Of a stretch of 64,000 nucleotides of DNA, positions 50,902-60,860 are shown piece by piece. Within the stretch, counting starts at the first letter, position 1; every line of letters starts with the position of its first letter. The notes beneath the pieces were generated by a model. That model was not told where the DNA came from. It worked only from the letters and a program-made list of their open reading frames with translations, and did no database searches. The position numbers and the translations under genes are program-made. The stretch is from Malacoraja senta. Lineage: Eukaryota. The DNA lies in NCBI GenBank assembly GCA_038087875.1, contig JAXLNO010000051.1, forward strand, positions 372,001-436,000. The letters run 5' to 3'.

Positions 50902-50958
50902 TAGGGAGGTCAGGGGTTCTCCTCCTTGGGGTTAATAGGACACAAACGGGAACCCCTG
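50902..50958 (+). promoter_or_regulatory. gag-pol amber read-through signal
   Basis: TAG-GGAGGTCA-GGG as in MLV; CAGGGGTTC (50911-50919) can pair with GAACCCCTG (50950-50958); pol in frame with the TAG. Confidence 0.8.
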
Positions 50959-51959
50959 GTAAATTTAAAAATTGGACCCCAAGGAGAAGACACAGTGTTC
51001 ATGGTGGACGCAGGAGCCGAGAGATCTAGTGTAACCAAAATACCTCAAGCGATGGCAATTGCGGAAGGGCAGGTGAAGATTTCTGGGGTATGGGGGAAAA
51101 CAATGACGGCCCCGGAAATAGAAGGAGTAAAAGTTAAATATGAGAATAGGGAAGCGATGGAATATTTGATTCTAGCTCCCCAGGCCAGAATAAACTTAAT
51201 GGGACGGGATCTGCAGATCCAGCTGGGAATAGGAACTGCGCCTGTGGAAGGGCGGGTAGTAGTCCAACTATATAAACTGAAAGAAGAAGACGAACAAAGG
51301 ATCAATGATCAGGTCTGGGCCAAGGAATGGAATAGAGGAGGATTGCAAATACCAACCCTCAGGAAAGCACTCCGGGAAGGGTATGAAGCAGTGCGGGTTA
51401 GGCAATACCCCATCTCCACTGAGGGCCGAAAAGGGCTTCAACCTATCATCGAAAATCTGTTGAAGGAAGGAGTATTGGAAAGTTGCATGTCCCCCTATAA
51501 TACCCCGATCATACCCGTACGGAAGACAGACGGAACATTCCGGCTTGTGCAGGACCTCCGAGAACTAAATAAGGTGGTCCGGGCTAGACATCCGGTGGTC
51601 CCCAACCCATACACGATCATGGGACGTATACCTCCCAGTCATAAGTGGTTTAGTGTGGTAGATCTGAAAGACGCATTCTGGAGTTGTCCCTTGGCTGAGG
51701 AAAGTCGCGACTTGTTCGCCTTTGAATGGGAAACCCCAGACTAGGATAAGGCAACAGTACCGCTGGAAAGTGCTTCCTCAGGGATTTACTGAATCTCCAA
51801 ATCTGTTCGGTCAAATCTTGGAACAGGTGCTAGAGGAATACCCAGGTCCCCCCCAGATCCAGCTCTTGCAGTATGTGGACGACTTCCTGATCTCTGGAGA
51901 AGGAGAGGAGGAGGTACGAGATGCCACTATAACCCTACTAAATTTTCTGGGAGAAAAGG

Positions 51960-54900
51960 TGTAGAGCCGTGCATGTTCCTTTAACATGGTGACCTCACTT
52001 CTACTAACCACTCCCCATTAGCTTCAGTATAAATGTAACCTTCCCACCCCTAGCTCGTTCTCTAGCTCCGGTAACGGACCACGAACAGCTAGGGCAATAT
52101 GTGTGTATACGACTACCATGTATGCAATAAACTAGAGTGAAGACACCATGTGTTTGGACAGTCTTTATATGGTGTCAAGAAGTTAACCCTGCGTCTCCTG
52201 TTCATCGGGTTTGTTTTCTTTTCTCCAAGTGTTTATTTTCCTTTCCAACTATTTATGTACTATGGCCACCTCGTGTCGAAAGCCTGACGTTCTGGTGTTT
52301 GACTCGGACATCGTCCACCGGTGGACTATTTTCTGGCGCGACTTCCAGTACTATGTCGCCATCGCTCATCCTAATATTACCCCTGCGATTACAGCACATC
52401 TGCTCCTCATCCTGGCTGGCCCGGAGGCCATGGAACGTTCTGAATCTTTTGAGTACGCCGATGGTGAGAATGCAGAGGACCCCGTGTGTCTCATCAATAA
52501 ATTTGCCGCGCTGTGTGACATTCCCACCAACTCCATTCTAGAGCGGTTCAAGTTTTTCAGCAGGCGCCAGAAACCCGGGGAGCACATCGATACCTTCGTG
52601 GCATCGCTGCGTCACCTGGCCCGGCGTTGCCACCTGGAGACGTTGACCCCCGATCAGTTGATCAGAGATGTCCTAGTTCACGGTCTACAGGACGTGAAGC
52701 TACGGGCTGAGCTTCTGAGAAAGCCGGACCTCACTTTAAACGACGCTTTGCATGCCTCTCGCATGTCTGCTGCTGTCGACGCCGTATCTCCCCCTGAAGC
52801 TGAGGACATTAACTATGCCGGTGCTGCTGGACGCCCGCGGCGCGATGGCCCGCCACGCCAGCGTAGCACCCCTGCGCCTGCAAGGGTCAACCCTCGCCGA
52901 TGCCCAAACTGCAACTTTGTCAATCATCAATTTGATGTTTGCCCGGCTCTGGGTAAGACTTGTAATTTGTGTAAGAAGATTAATCACTTCTCCGCAGCGT
53001 GCCGTTCCAGGGGCCAGCCTGTCCCTGCTCCGAGAAAGAGTCTACACAACCTGACTGCTACTGACAGTGTTTATGACTCCGAATACCTTCCAGTCGAACT
53101 CCCTGATTCTGGTAACAGCTCCTCCCATGATGAATCGCTTGTTTTTTCAGTCCAGGGTGCACATGCTTTGATAGCTGATCCATCAGTTCGAGTTACTGTG
53201 AATGGGATGACCTTCTCTGCTAAGGTAGATACGGGGGCGTTTACGAATATTATGTCGTTAAGTCTTTTTCAACAGATAAGAGCTGGTGAGAACATTACCG
53301 CTGATCACTCCCGCGTCCGTGCATATGGGGGGAGCATGCTATTCCCAGTCGGCAAGGCCACCCTTATCTGCTCAGTTCTGAAGGCCTCTCGGCCCCTCTC
53401 TTTCCTCCTGCTGGAATCTGAGAATGTTACTCAGTTGGGCGCCCGTGCGTGCCAGGACCTCGGTTTGGTGTCCTTCCACCACGACATCCACCCGGTGCAG
53501 ACACCCATGGATCCCATGTGCGAGTACCCCGACCGTTTTGACGAAGTATTGGGAAAACTACCCTGCAAGTACGAAATCGAGGTGGACCCGGAGGTCCATC
53601 CGGTAGTCCGCCCTCCTCACCGCGTCTCCTTTGCTATGAAGGACAAGGTGGAGTCCACTCTGCGCCAGATGGTGGCCATGGGCATCATCAAGGAAGTGAG
53701 CGATGCCACCCGGTGGGTCTCCACCATGGTCGTTGCTGCTAAGAAGGACAAGAGTGAGATTCGGATCTGTATCAACCCCAAGGACCTAAACCTTGCCATC
53801 AAGCGCCCGCACTACCCCATGCGAACGGTGGAGGATGTCGCTGCAAAGGTTGGCCCGGCCACTGTATTCTCTGTCCTCGATGCCAAGAACTCTTTCTGGC
53901 AGATTCCGCTGGATGAACGTTCATCTTTACTGACCACGTTTGGTACACCTTTCGGCAGGTTCCGTTTCCTCCGCATGCCTTTCGGGATCAATTCTGCCAG
54001 CGAAGTTTTCCAGCGCACCATGGAACAGCTATTTGCAGGTCTGCCGTGTGCTATCATCGTTGATGACATCTTGGTGTACGGGAGGGACGTCGCTGAGCAC
54101 GACCTCCACCTCCGTCTGGTCCTGGATCGGGCTCGGGAAGTCAACCTCAAACTGAACCCCAAGAAGTGCCGTTTCCGCGTCCCGGAGGTCACCTACGTGG
54201 GCCACGTTTTTACGGCTGAGGGTCTGAAACCAGACCCACAGAAGACAGCTGCGGTCTTAGAGATGCCAGCTCCGGTCAACGTGCCAAGCCTGCAACGCTT
54301 CTTGGGCATGATGAACTATCTGGGGAAATTTATTCCCGACCTCAGCGAGCTGAGTGCGCCCCTGAGGGAACTGACCAAGATGGACACTGCCTGGGTTTCG
54401 TACCCGCTGCATCAGGCAGCCTTCGATGACTTGAAATCCCGGCTGGTTCGCACCCCCACTCTGAAGTTCTTCGACTTAAAGCGCCCTATCGTCATTACCT
54501 GCGATGCATCAAGTTTCGGTCTCGGTTGCCGCCTCGTTGCCTCCCGCTCCTCTGCCCTCGCGACCCTTGGCGCCCCGTTCTCCCGCTGCTCCTCCTGGCC
54601 CCCCCCCCATCAGCCATCTCCCGCTCGCGTGCCCGTTGCGGTGCCCTTGTCTCCTCCCCGGTCTCCTCGTTCTCCCCCTCCTGCTCACTCCCCTTTCGGT
54701 TCACCTATCGTCGCTCCTGCCCCGTTGCCCACTCTACCTTCGGAGGGGGAGGGAGGCGGGCTGCATACCCGCTCCGGGCGTCTGGTCAAGCCGCCTGAAC
54801 GTTACGGGGAGTTTGCTTGAATGTTTTAAGTTTTTCCTGACGATGTACGCGCGGGTTTGTGCCTAGCGTATGAGTCGTGGTCTCACTGTCATCATTGCTA

Positions 54901-55134
54901 TGTTTCCCTTTTCAAGGGGAAGGATGTAGAGCCGTGCATGTTCCTTTAACATGGTGACCTCACTTCTACTAACCACTCCCCATTAGCTTCAGTATAAATG
55001 TAACCTTCCCACCCCTAGCTCGCTCTCTAGCTCCGGTAACGGACCACGAACAGCTAGGGCAATATGTGTGTATACGAATACCATGTATGCAATAAACTAG
55101 AGTGAAGACACCATGTGTTTGGACAGTCTTTACA
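51960..55134 (+). mobile_element. Young Ty3/Gypsy LTR retrotransposon lacking integrase
   Basis: 210-bp LTRs 51960-52169 and 54925-55134 (3 differences by eye); TSD AAAGG; Leu-type PBS TGGTGTCAAGAAGT at 52170; PPT AAGGGGAAGGA. Confidence 0.95.
52262..54820 (+). CDS. Gypsy Gag-PR-RT-(partial RNase H) polyprotein; most of RNase H and the integrase deleted
   Basis: CNLCKKINHFSAAC, KVDTGA, PFG, IVDD, TCDASSFGLG, then a Pro-rich tail ending HTRSGRLVKPPERY; no internal stop. Confidence 0.85.
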   Translation: MATSCRKPDVLVFDSDIVHRWTIFWRDFQYYVAIAHPNITPAITAHLLLILAGPEAMERSESFEYADGENAEDPVCLINKFAALCDIPTNSILERFKFFSRRQKPGEHIDTFVASLRHLARRCHLETLTPDQLIRDVLVHGLQDVKLRAELLRKPDLTLNDALHASRMSAAVDAVSPPEAEDINYAGAAGRPRRDGPPRQRSTPAPARVNPRRCPNCNFVNHQFDVCPALGKTCNLCKKINHFSAACRSRGQPVPAPRKSLHNLTATDSVYDSEYLPVELPDSGNSSSHDESLVFSVQGAHALIADPSVRVTVNGMTFSAKVDTGAFTNIMSLSLFQQIRAGENITADHSRVRAYGGSMLFPVGKATLICSVLKASRPLSFLLLESENVTQLGARACQDLGLVSFHHDIHPVQTPMDPMCEYPDRFDEVLGKLPCKYEIEVDPEVHPVVRPPHRVSFAMKDKVESTLRQMVAMGIIKEVSDATRWVSTMVVAAKKDKSEIRICINPKDLNLAIKRPHYPMRTVEDVAAKVGPATVFSVLDAKNSFWQIPLDERSSLLTTFGTPFGRFRFLRMPFGINSASEVFQRTMEQLFAGLPCAIIVDDILVYGRDVAEHDLHLRLVLDRAREVNLKLNPKKCRFRVPEVTYVGHVFTAEGLKPDPQKTAAVLEMPAPVNVPSLQRFLGMMNYLGKFIPDLSELSAPLRELTKMDTAWVSYPLHQAAFDDLKSRLVRTPTLKFFDLKRPIVITCDASSFGLGCRLVASRSSALATLGAPFSRCSSWPPPHQPSPARVPVAVPLSPPRSPRSPPPAHSPFGSPIVAPAPLPTLPSEGEGGGLHTRSGRLVKPPERYGEFA

Positions 55135-57637
55135 AAAGGGACTGAGGGTATCAAGGAACAAAGTCCAGTTTGTGGACCAAGAGGTAAAGTACCTGGGCCA
55201 TCTGATCAGTGAGGGGAAACGAAGGATAAATCCTGAAAGGATTGCAGGAATCACAGGCTTGCCGATGCCCCGGAATAAAAGGGAAATCAGAAAATTCCTG
55301 GTATTAATTGGGTGCTGAAGACTTTGGATCGATGATTACGCCAGACAAGTCCGGTTTTTGTATAACAAGCTCGGAGATGAGAAGGATAAGGTAGAATGGG
55401 ACCTAAACGAGCAACAGGATTTGCAACAGCTGAAAAATGGCTTGATAACTGGCCCTGTCTTGGCCTTGCCTTCAATTGACCAGCCCTTCCATTTGTTTGT
55501 AAATGCGGAAAATGGGATCGCCCTGGGGGCATTGACTCAGATGAGAGGAGGAAACAGGCAAACTGTGGCATTTTAATCAAAGATATTGGACCCAGTGTCA
55601 CGGGGATGGCCTATCTGCATACAGGCAGTGGCGGCCACAGCCGTCCTAGTAGAAGAAAGCAGAAAGTTGACCTTTGGGGAGCCTTGGTAGTCTCCACCCC
55701 ACACACAGTAAGAACAATATTGACGCAGAAATCTAGTAGTTGGTTGACAGACTCAAGGATATTGAAATATGAAGTAATCCTAATGGAAAAGGATGATTTG
55801 ACCATAATTACGGACAATAACTTAAACCCCTCTCAGTTCCTATAACCATCAGAGGAAAAAGAAGGGGAGACAGGAGACCCAGAGCATGACTGCAGTGAGA
55901 TAATATAATTACAGACTAAGAGCAGGGAACATCTGGAGGAATGGGCTTTGGCCGAGGGAAGCCGATGGTTCATAGATGGGTCGTCCCCGTGTATAGATGG
56001 GAAAAGACACAGTGGATACGCCATAGTTGACGGAGACACGTTAAGTGACATAGAATCCGGACGATTACCTGGGAGCTGGTCAGCTCAGTCTTGTGAGCTC
56101 TATGCCCTGATGCTGGCATTAGAGTTACTTGAGAGCAAGGAAGGCACCATATATACTGATTCGAAATATGCCTTCGGAGTGGTGCATACCTTTGGAAAAT
56201 GTTGGAAGGAAAAGGGAATGATAACGGCAAGATGGAAAGAGTTAGCGCATGAACAATTGATTGAGAAAACCTTGGAGGCATTAACCAAGCCAGAGCAGAT
56301 AGCAGTAGTACATGTGGCAGGACACCAGAAAGGAAATTCCCCTGAGGTCAGGGGAAACAGCCGCAGATGCGATGGCAAAACAGGTAGCGTTACAGGGGAC
56401 GGTAAAGCTGATGTCTTTACTGCCTATCATGGAAAGGATAGAAAAGATACCCGTATTCTCCCAATTCGAGGTAGATAGGATGGACGAAGTGGGAGCAAAA
56501 AGGACAGAAGATGGGCAATGGTGGACACCGGATGGGAAGCAACTGCTAAATAAGGAGGTTATCAGAGAATTATTGGGAAGATTACATTCCCAGTCACACT
56601 GTGGGGCTCAGGCACTATGTGACACTCTCTTGCGAACGTATGCTTGTAGAGGGATATACAATCTGGCTAAACAAGTAGTCTCAGGCTGTGTGATTTGTCA
56701 AAAAAGTAAATAAGAAAGTAATGATGGCGGTGCCTGGAGGAGGGCGGCAGTTAGCCATCAGGCCATTCCAGAGAATACAGGGAGATTTTACCGAACTCCC
56801 CAGGATACAGAGATGGAAATACCTCCTAGTGGTGGTGGATCACTTTACCCGTTCGGTGGAAGCGTTCCCGACAGTAAATGCCACCTCCCAGGCAGTAGCC
56901 AAAATTATATTGGAACAAATAATCTTACGTTATGGAATTATCGTATCCCTCGATTCGGATCGAGGAACCCATTTCGCCTCAAAGGTCCATTTGCTCATCT
57001 GTGATGCCCTTGGGATAAAATGGAAGTTGCATACTCCCTGGCATCCACAGAGCTCGGGAACGGTGGAAAGGTTGAATGCCACACTGAAGACACAAATTAC
57101 CAAATTGATGGAGAAAACCAGATTGCCATGGACCAAGTGCTTACCAATAGCCTTGCTTAGAATTCGAACCGCCCCACGGAAGGATATAGCAGTATCCCCC
57201 TACGAAATGCTGTTTGGGTTATCTTATTTGGGAAAGATAGAAGGAATACCAACCATAGAGGGAAGTGACGTATTTTTGAGGAACTATTTACTGGCAGTAT
57301 CTCGTTCTCTTACAGAATTAAAAGCTAAGGGGCTGCTGGCACAGAGTCCCCCTCTCGACTTTCCAATCCATTCTATGAAAGCGGGAGACTGGGTTCTTGT
57401 AAAATCGTGGAAGGAAGAAAAGCTGCAACCCCGTTGGACTTGTCCATATTTGGTATTATTGACCACGGAAACAACAGTGCGGTCAAAAGAAAAAGGGTGG
57501 ACACAAGCAGCGCGAATAAAAGGACCGGTCGATCCCCACCTCCGGCTGAGGAGGACTGGACAGTAAGACAAGGGAAGAAACCGCTGACCCTGATCTTTGA
57601 GAAAGAGCGATTGAACTGAAAGAGCGAAATTCAGGGT

Positions 57638-59385
57638 TTGGCATGCGTACTGATAATGATGGTCACTGTAAGTAAATGTATAAACGACTGTGATAAATGT
57701 TACCACCCCATCAGGTATGGCGCACAAATCAGAAGGTCCTTCATCTTTCACTCTCATGTGAACGGTGCCCGTTATGATCAGAGAACTAGAATCAGTTGTA
57801 TGGAGGGGGGGGTAGAATACTACAATGCAGAATTTGGGGTACACAGGAATGAGGATGTATGTCACCTGTCCCAGGGGAGTGAGATGACTTTGTGTACGGA
57901 AAGCAGGGCAATGGGGGTTGGATTCCACATTGGTGAAGGAATCTTTGGACAAAGAAAGAGAGGTATTAATAAAAATGCTCCAAGAAGGTAACTAGACCAG
58001 CCCCAACTAAGAAACCTAGAATATATGAATCCTTCCATGAAGAAATACAGAAGCAGATAGAGATTCCTGAGGTGGGAAAGAATCTCTTCGTGGACCTGGC
58101 TACCCGAATTGCTCAGACTTTGGATGTTAAGAACTGCTGGGTTTGTGGCGGGCCCCTAATGAGTTCCCGATGACCTTGGAGGGGACAAATTGTCGAAATA
58201 TGGGACCTACTGGGGTGGAACATCACAGAGGGAAAAGATCGAGGACTACAGGAGTGGCTCTTAGCTGACACCCCAGTAGGGACGGAATGTATAGCTCGAC
58301 CAAGGACTCCGGGGAAGAAGGAGGTCGGCATCAGTCCTTGTCAACGCATCTTAACCCTGTGGGAGAACCAGACACGGACTTGGTGGCCTGAGGAACCTAA
58401 ATGGTATCTGGCCGGAGAAAACGGGGGAAACTGCACAATCATCACCCCAGCCCAAGGCAAGACAGACAACGAAAGCCGAATCTGGAACTGCACCGGAAAC
58501 AACCCATATCAAGGGGTACCAGTCCTACGGGACCTCTGGGAAAGTAACACGGTTAGTGTACCCTCTCCAGAGGGATTACTCTGGATCTGTGGACATAAGG
58601 CCTATTCAGTACTTCCGGGAAAATGGAATGGAACGTGTTTTATTGGTTTGGTACAGCCAGAATTATTTTTATTGCAAGCTGACGGAGGGCGAATGTTGGG
58701 AACGCCGGTGTTTGATGACCTACAAAGGACAAAAAGAGAGCTGGAGATAGGAACCTGGGAGAATAATGAGTGGCCTCCCGCCCGAATCATCTCATATTAT
58801 GGGCCAGCCACATGGGCACAGGATGGTTGCTGGCGATATCGCAATCCGGTGTACATGCTGAACCGAATAATACGATTACAGGCTGTATTGGAGGTAATCA
58901 CTAATCAAACGGCTGCAGCACTCGAGATGCTGGCAAAGCAGGAAACACAGATGAGAACAGCAATGTACCAAAATCGGTTGACCCTGGATTACATCCTAGC
59001 CGAAGAAGGAGGGGTATGTGGAAAATTCAACCTCTCTAATTGTTGCCTGAATATTGAAGAGAGTGGACAGCCAGTAATGGACATATCAGAAGGAATCCGG
59101 AAATTGGCACATGTTCCCGTACAAACGTGGAATTCGATTATGGGTACTGGATGGTGGGATTCCCTCCTGGGAGGATCATGGTGGAGAACGGTGGGACTCG
59201 TGGTCCTATGTGCAATGGCTGGGCTGATCTTTATTCCCTGGTGTATACCTTGTTTTAGGGAGCTTATAACCAGGAGCATGTCAGATGCAGGCTGTAGTGA
59301 TGCCTATGGGAACAAGAGGGGAAGTACAGAAAAGAATCATAATGAGACCAGGGAAGGTTCGGGATCCACAGGAAGAGGAAATTAG
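57638..59385 (+). pseudogene. env: Retroviral env (gamma-type, ERV3-like)
   Basis: CWVC near 58135, furin site RTKR near 58726, WPPARIISYYGPATWAQDG, ISD YQNRLTLDYILAEEGGVC, CGKFNLSNCC, transmembrane helix; stops in SU; 5' boundary approximate. Confidence 0.9.
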
Positions 59386-59439
59386 GAGAATGTTACTTCA
59401 ATTGGAACAGAAGGGGTTTAAAATTGGGGTTTAATGAAG

Positions 59440-60357
59440 AGATGGCGCAGTCGAGTATGGCTGCCCTGCCAGCAGCTGTTAGTTTTTCACCCTTTTTTAT
59501 TTTTAGTTAGTTGAAAGTGTTTGTTTTGGAGGTCTTTAGTCTTTTTATGTGGGGGGTGGGGGGGTTGGGTTAGGGGGAAACTATTTTCTCAGTACCTACT
59601 GTAGATGATATATGCATGTGCCTTTAACATAGTAAAGATAGTAAAGTAACGATGCCTCGTTATAGATGCTTTACACCTACCTGGTCGGAGTTGCGGCTTT
59701 TCTCCGAGCCGTATCTTCGCCCCTTCCTCGCGGCCTACGGGCAGACTGGAGCGGCGTTTTCCTGCCGGGACCGGCCAGGACTTCAGCTTCGGCGGCGGCA
59801 CAGCGCTGAAGTGCCATCGCTGAGCGGGCGATGCCTAACCCGGGTCGCCGTGCAGTAAGCTCCGGAGTGCTGTGACCGCCGGCACCAACATCGCGAAGCT
59901 GCGGTCTGCGGTCTGCGGAGCTTCCAGCCGCGGGCGGCGCTGAGCTTGGAACACCGCGGAGCCTGGGATCTCATGACGAGGTCGCCAGAGTCGGAGCATC
60001 GACCAGCGCGGCTCGTGGACTTCGGGAGCCGCGGTCTATTGGGAGGAGGCGGCCGCTCCAGACACTCCGGGCCGCTGAGAGTGTTCACCCGACGCCGGAG
60101 CTTCATCATCCGGCGAGAGGGCCTGAGGCATCGGGCTGCCGTATCGGCGACTGCAGAGGCCTCAATAGGCCCCGACTATGGGTGAACTGGGGATGGGACT
60201 GGACTTTGCTGCCTTCCCCCACAGTGGGAACCATTGTGGGGGGGTGTTTTTATGTTGTTAAATTCTTTGATGTTATCTTTATTTGTGTGCTGCATGGCAA
60301 GTCAAATTTCACTGCACCAATTGGTGTATGTGACAATAAATGTCTATTTATCTATCT
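59440..60357 (+). mobile_element. Non-autonomous retroposon inserted between env and the PPT
   Basis: Starts AGATGGCGC, CpG-rich non-coding body, ends GTGACAATAAA plus (TATC)n; AAG on both sides; removal restores TAATGAAGTAAAAGAAAAAGGG. Confidence 0.65.
59600..59675 (+). mobile_element. 76-bp miniature solo-LTR-like insertion
   Basis: TGTA...TACA ends with 5-bp TSD CCTAC (59595-59599, 59676-59680); similar to both ends of the Gypsy LTR at 51960. Confidence 0.7.
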
Positions 60358-60361
60358 AAGT

Positions 60362-60378
60362 AAAAGAAAAAGGGTGGA
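60362..60378 (+). promoter_or_regulatory. Provirus polypurine tract
   Basis: AAAAGAAAAAGGGTGGA just before the 3' LTR. Confidence 0.88.
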
Positions 60379-60379
60379 T

Positions 60380-60860
60380 TGTGAGGGACAGATTGATTAA
60401 ACCGGCACCATTCATTATGAGGGACTGAATGGTTAAACCGCCACCGTCCTTGAGCACCACTATTAATATTGCACAAAGGCAGAAAGAGATAACGGATGCA
60501 ACTGTAAACACAAGAAACTAGGTCAGGGGAATAGTTAGTGCGCGTGCTTAATGAAGTAAATTAATATTACTTATACACCCCTAATCGAAAAATTACTAAT
60601 TACCACGAACATGCGATGTATGATCTGGGAGGTGCTGGGGTGGTGCGGGAAAATTGTGCACCTCAGTGCTCCGATTGGAAGGAGACAGAAGGGGAGGCCA
60701 AGTGAGCAGAATTGTATGTATAAAAGGGCTTTAATTTCTTGACCGGTGTGTCTCGGTTTGGAGAGGCACCCGACTCTGCAGACTCGCAAATAAAAGAATT
60801 TCCTGTTTCCACGACTTTGTCTCTGGCATTGTGATTGTGGGCACTGAAACACATCTCACA
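60380..60860 (+). promoter_or_regulatory. Provirus 3' LTR (481 bp)
   Basis: Matches the 5' LTR with roughly 35 differences by manual count. Confidence 0.95.

Larger units (their letters stand above)
48291..50904 (+). pseudogene. gag: Retroviral gag, interrupted by CR1, 3' part frameshifted
   Basis: MG start, PPPY late domain, FVNVPLT...LLEDP capsid region, CYHCNEEGHFKREC zinc knuckle near 50812, TAG at 50902-50904. Confidence 0.88.
50905..57617 (+). pseudogene. pol: Retroviral pro-pol, interrupted by Gypsy, with stops and frameshifts
   Basis: FMVDAGA (protease), LVQDLR, DLKDAF, LPQG, QYVDD (RT), WFIDGS, IYTDS (RNase H), HHCC, GDFTE, SDRG, VERLN (integrase). Confidence 0.92.
47523..60860 (+). 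mobile_element. Full-length defective class I (gamma-like, HERV-I/ERV3-related) provirus with nested insertions
   Basis: Two LTRs, ACGT TSD (47519-47522, 60861-60864), PBS, gag-pro-pol-env order, PPT. Confidence 0.95.

Noticed and set aside
58648..59385. Domesticated syncytin-like env
   Set aside because: SU has stops and a frameshift and the C-terminus appears frameshifted; only part of TM is open
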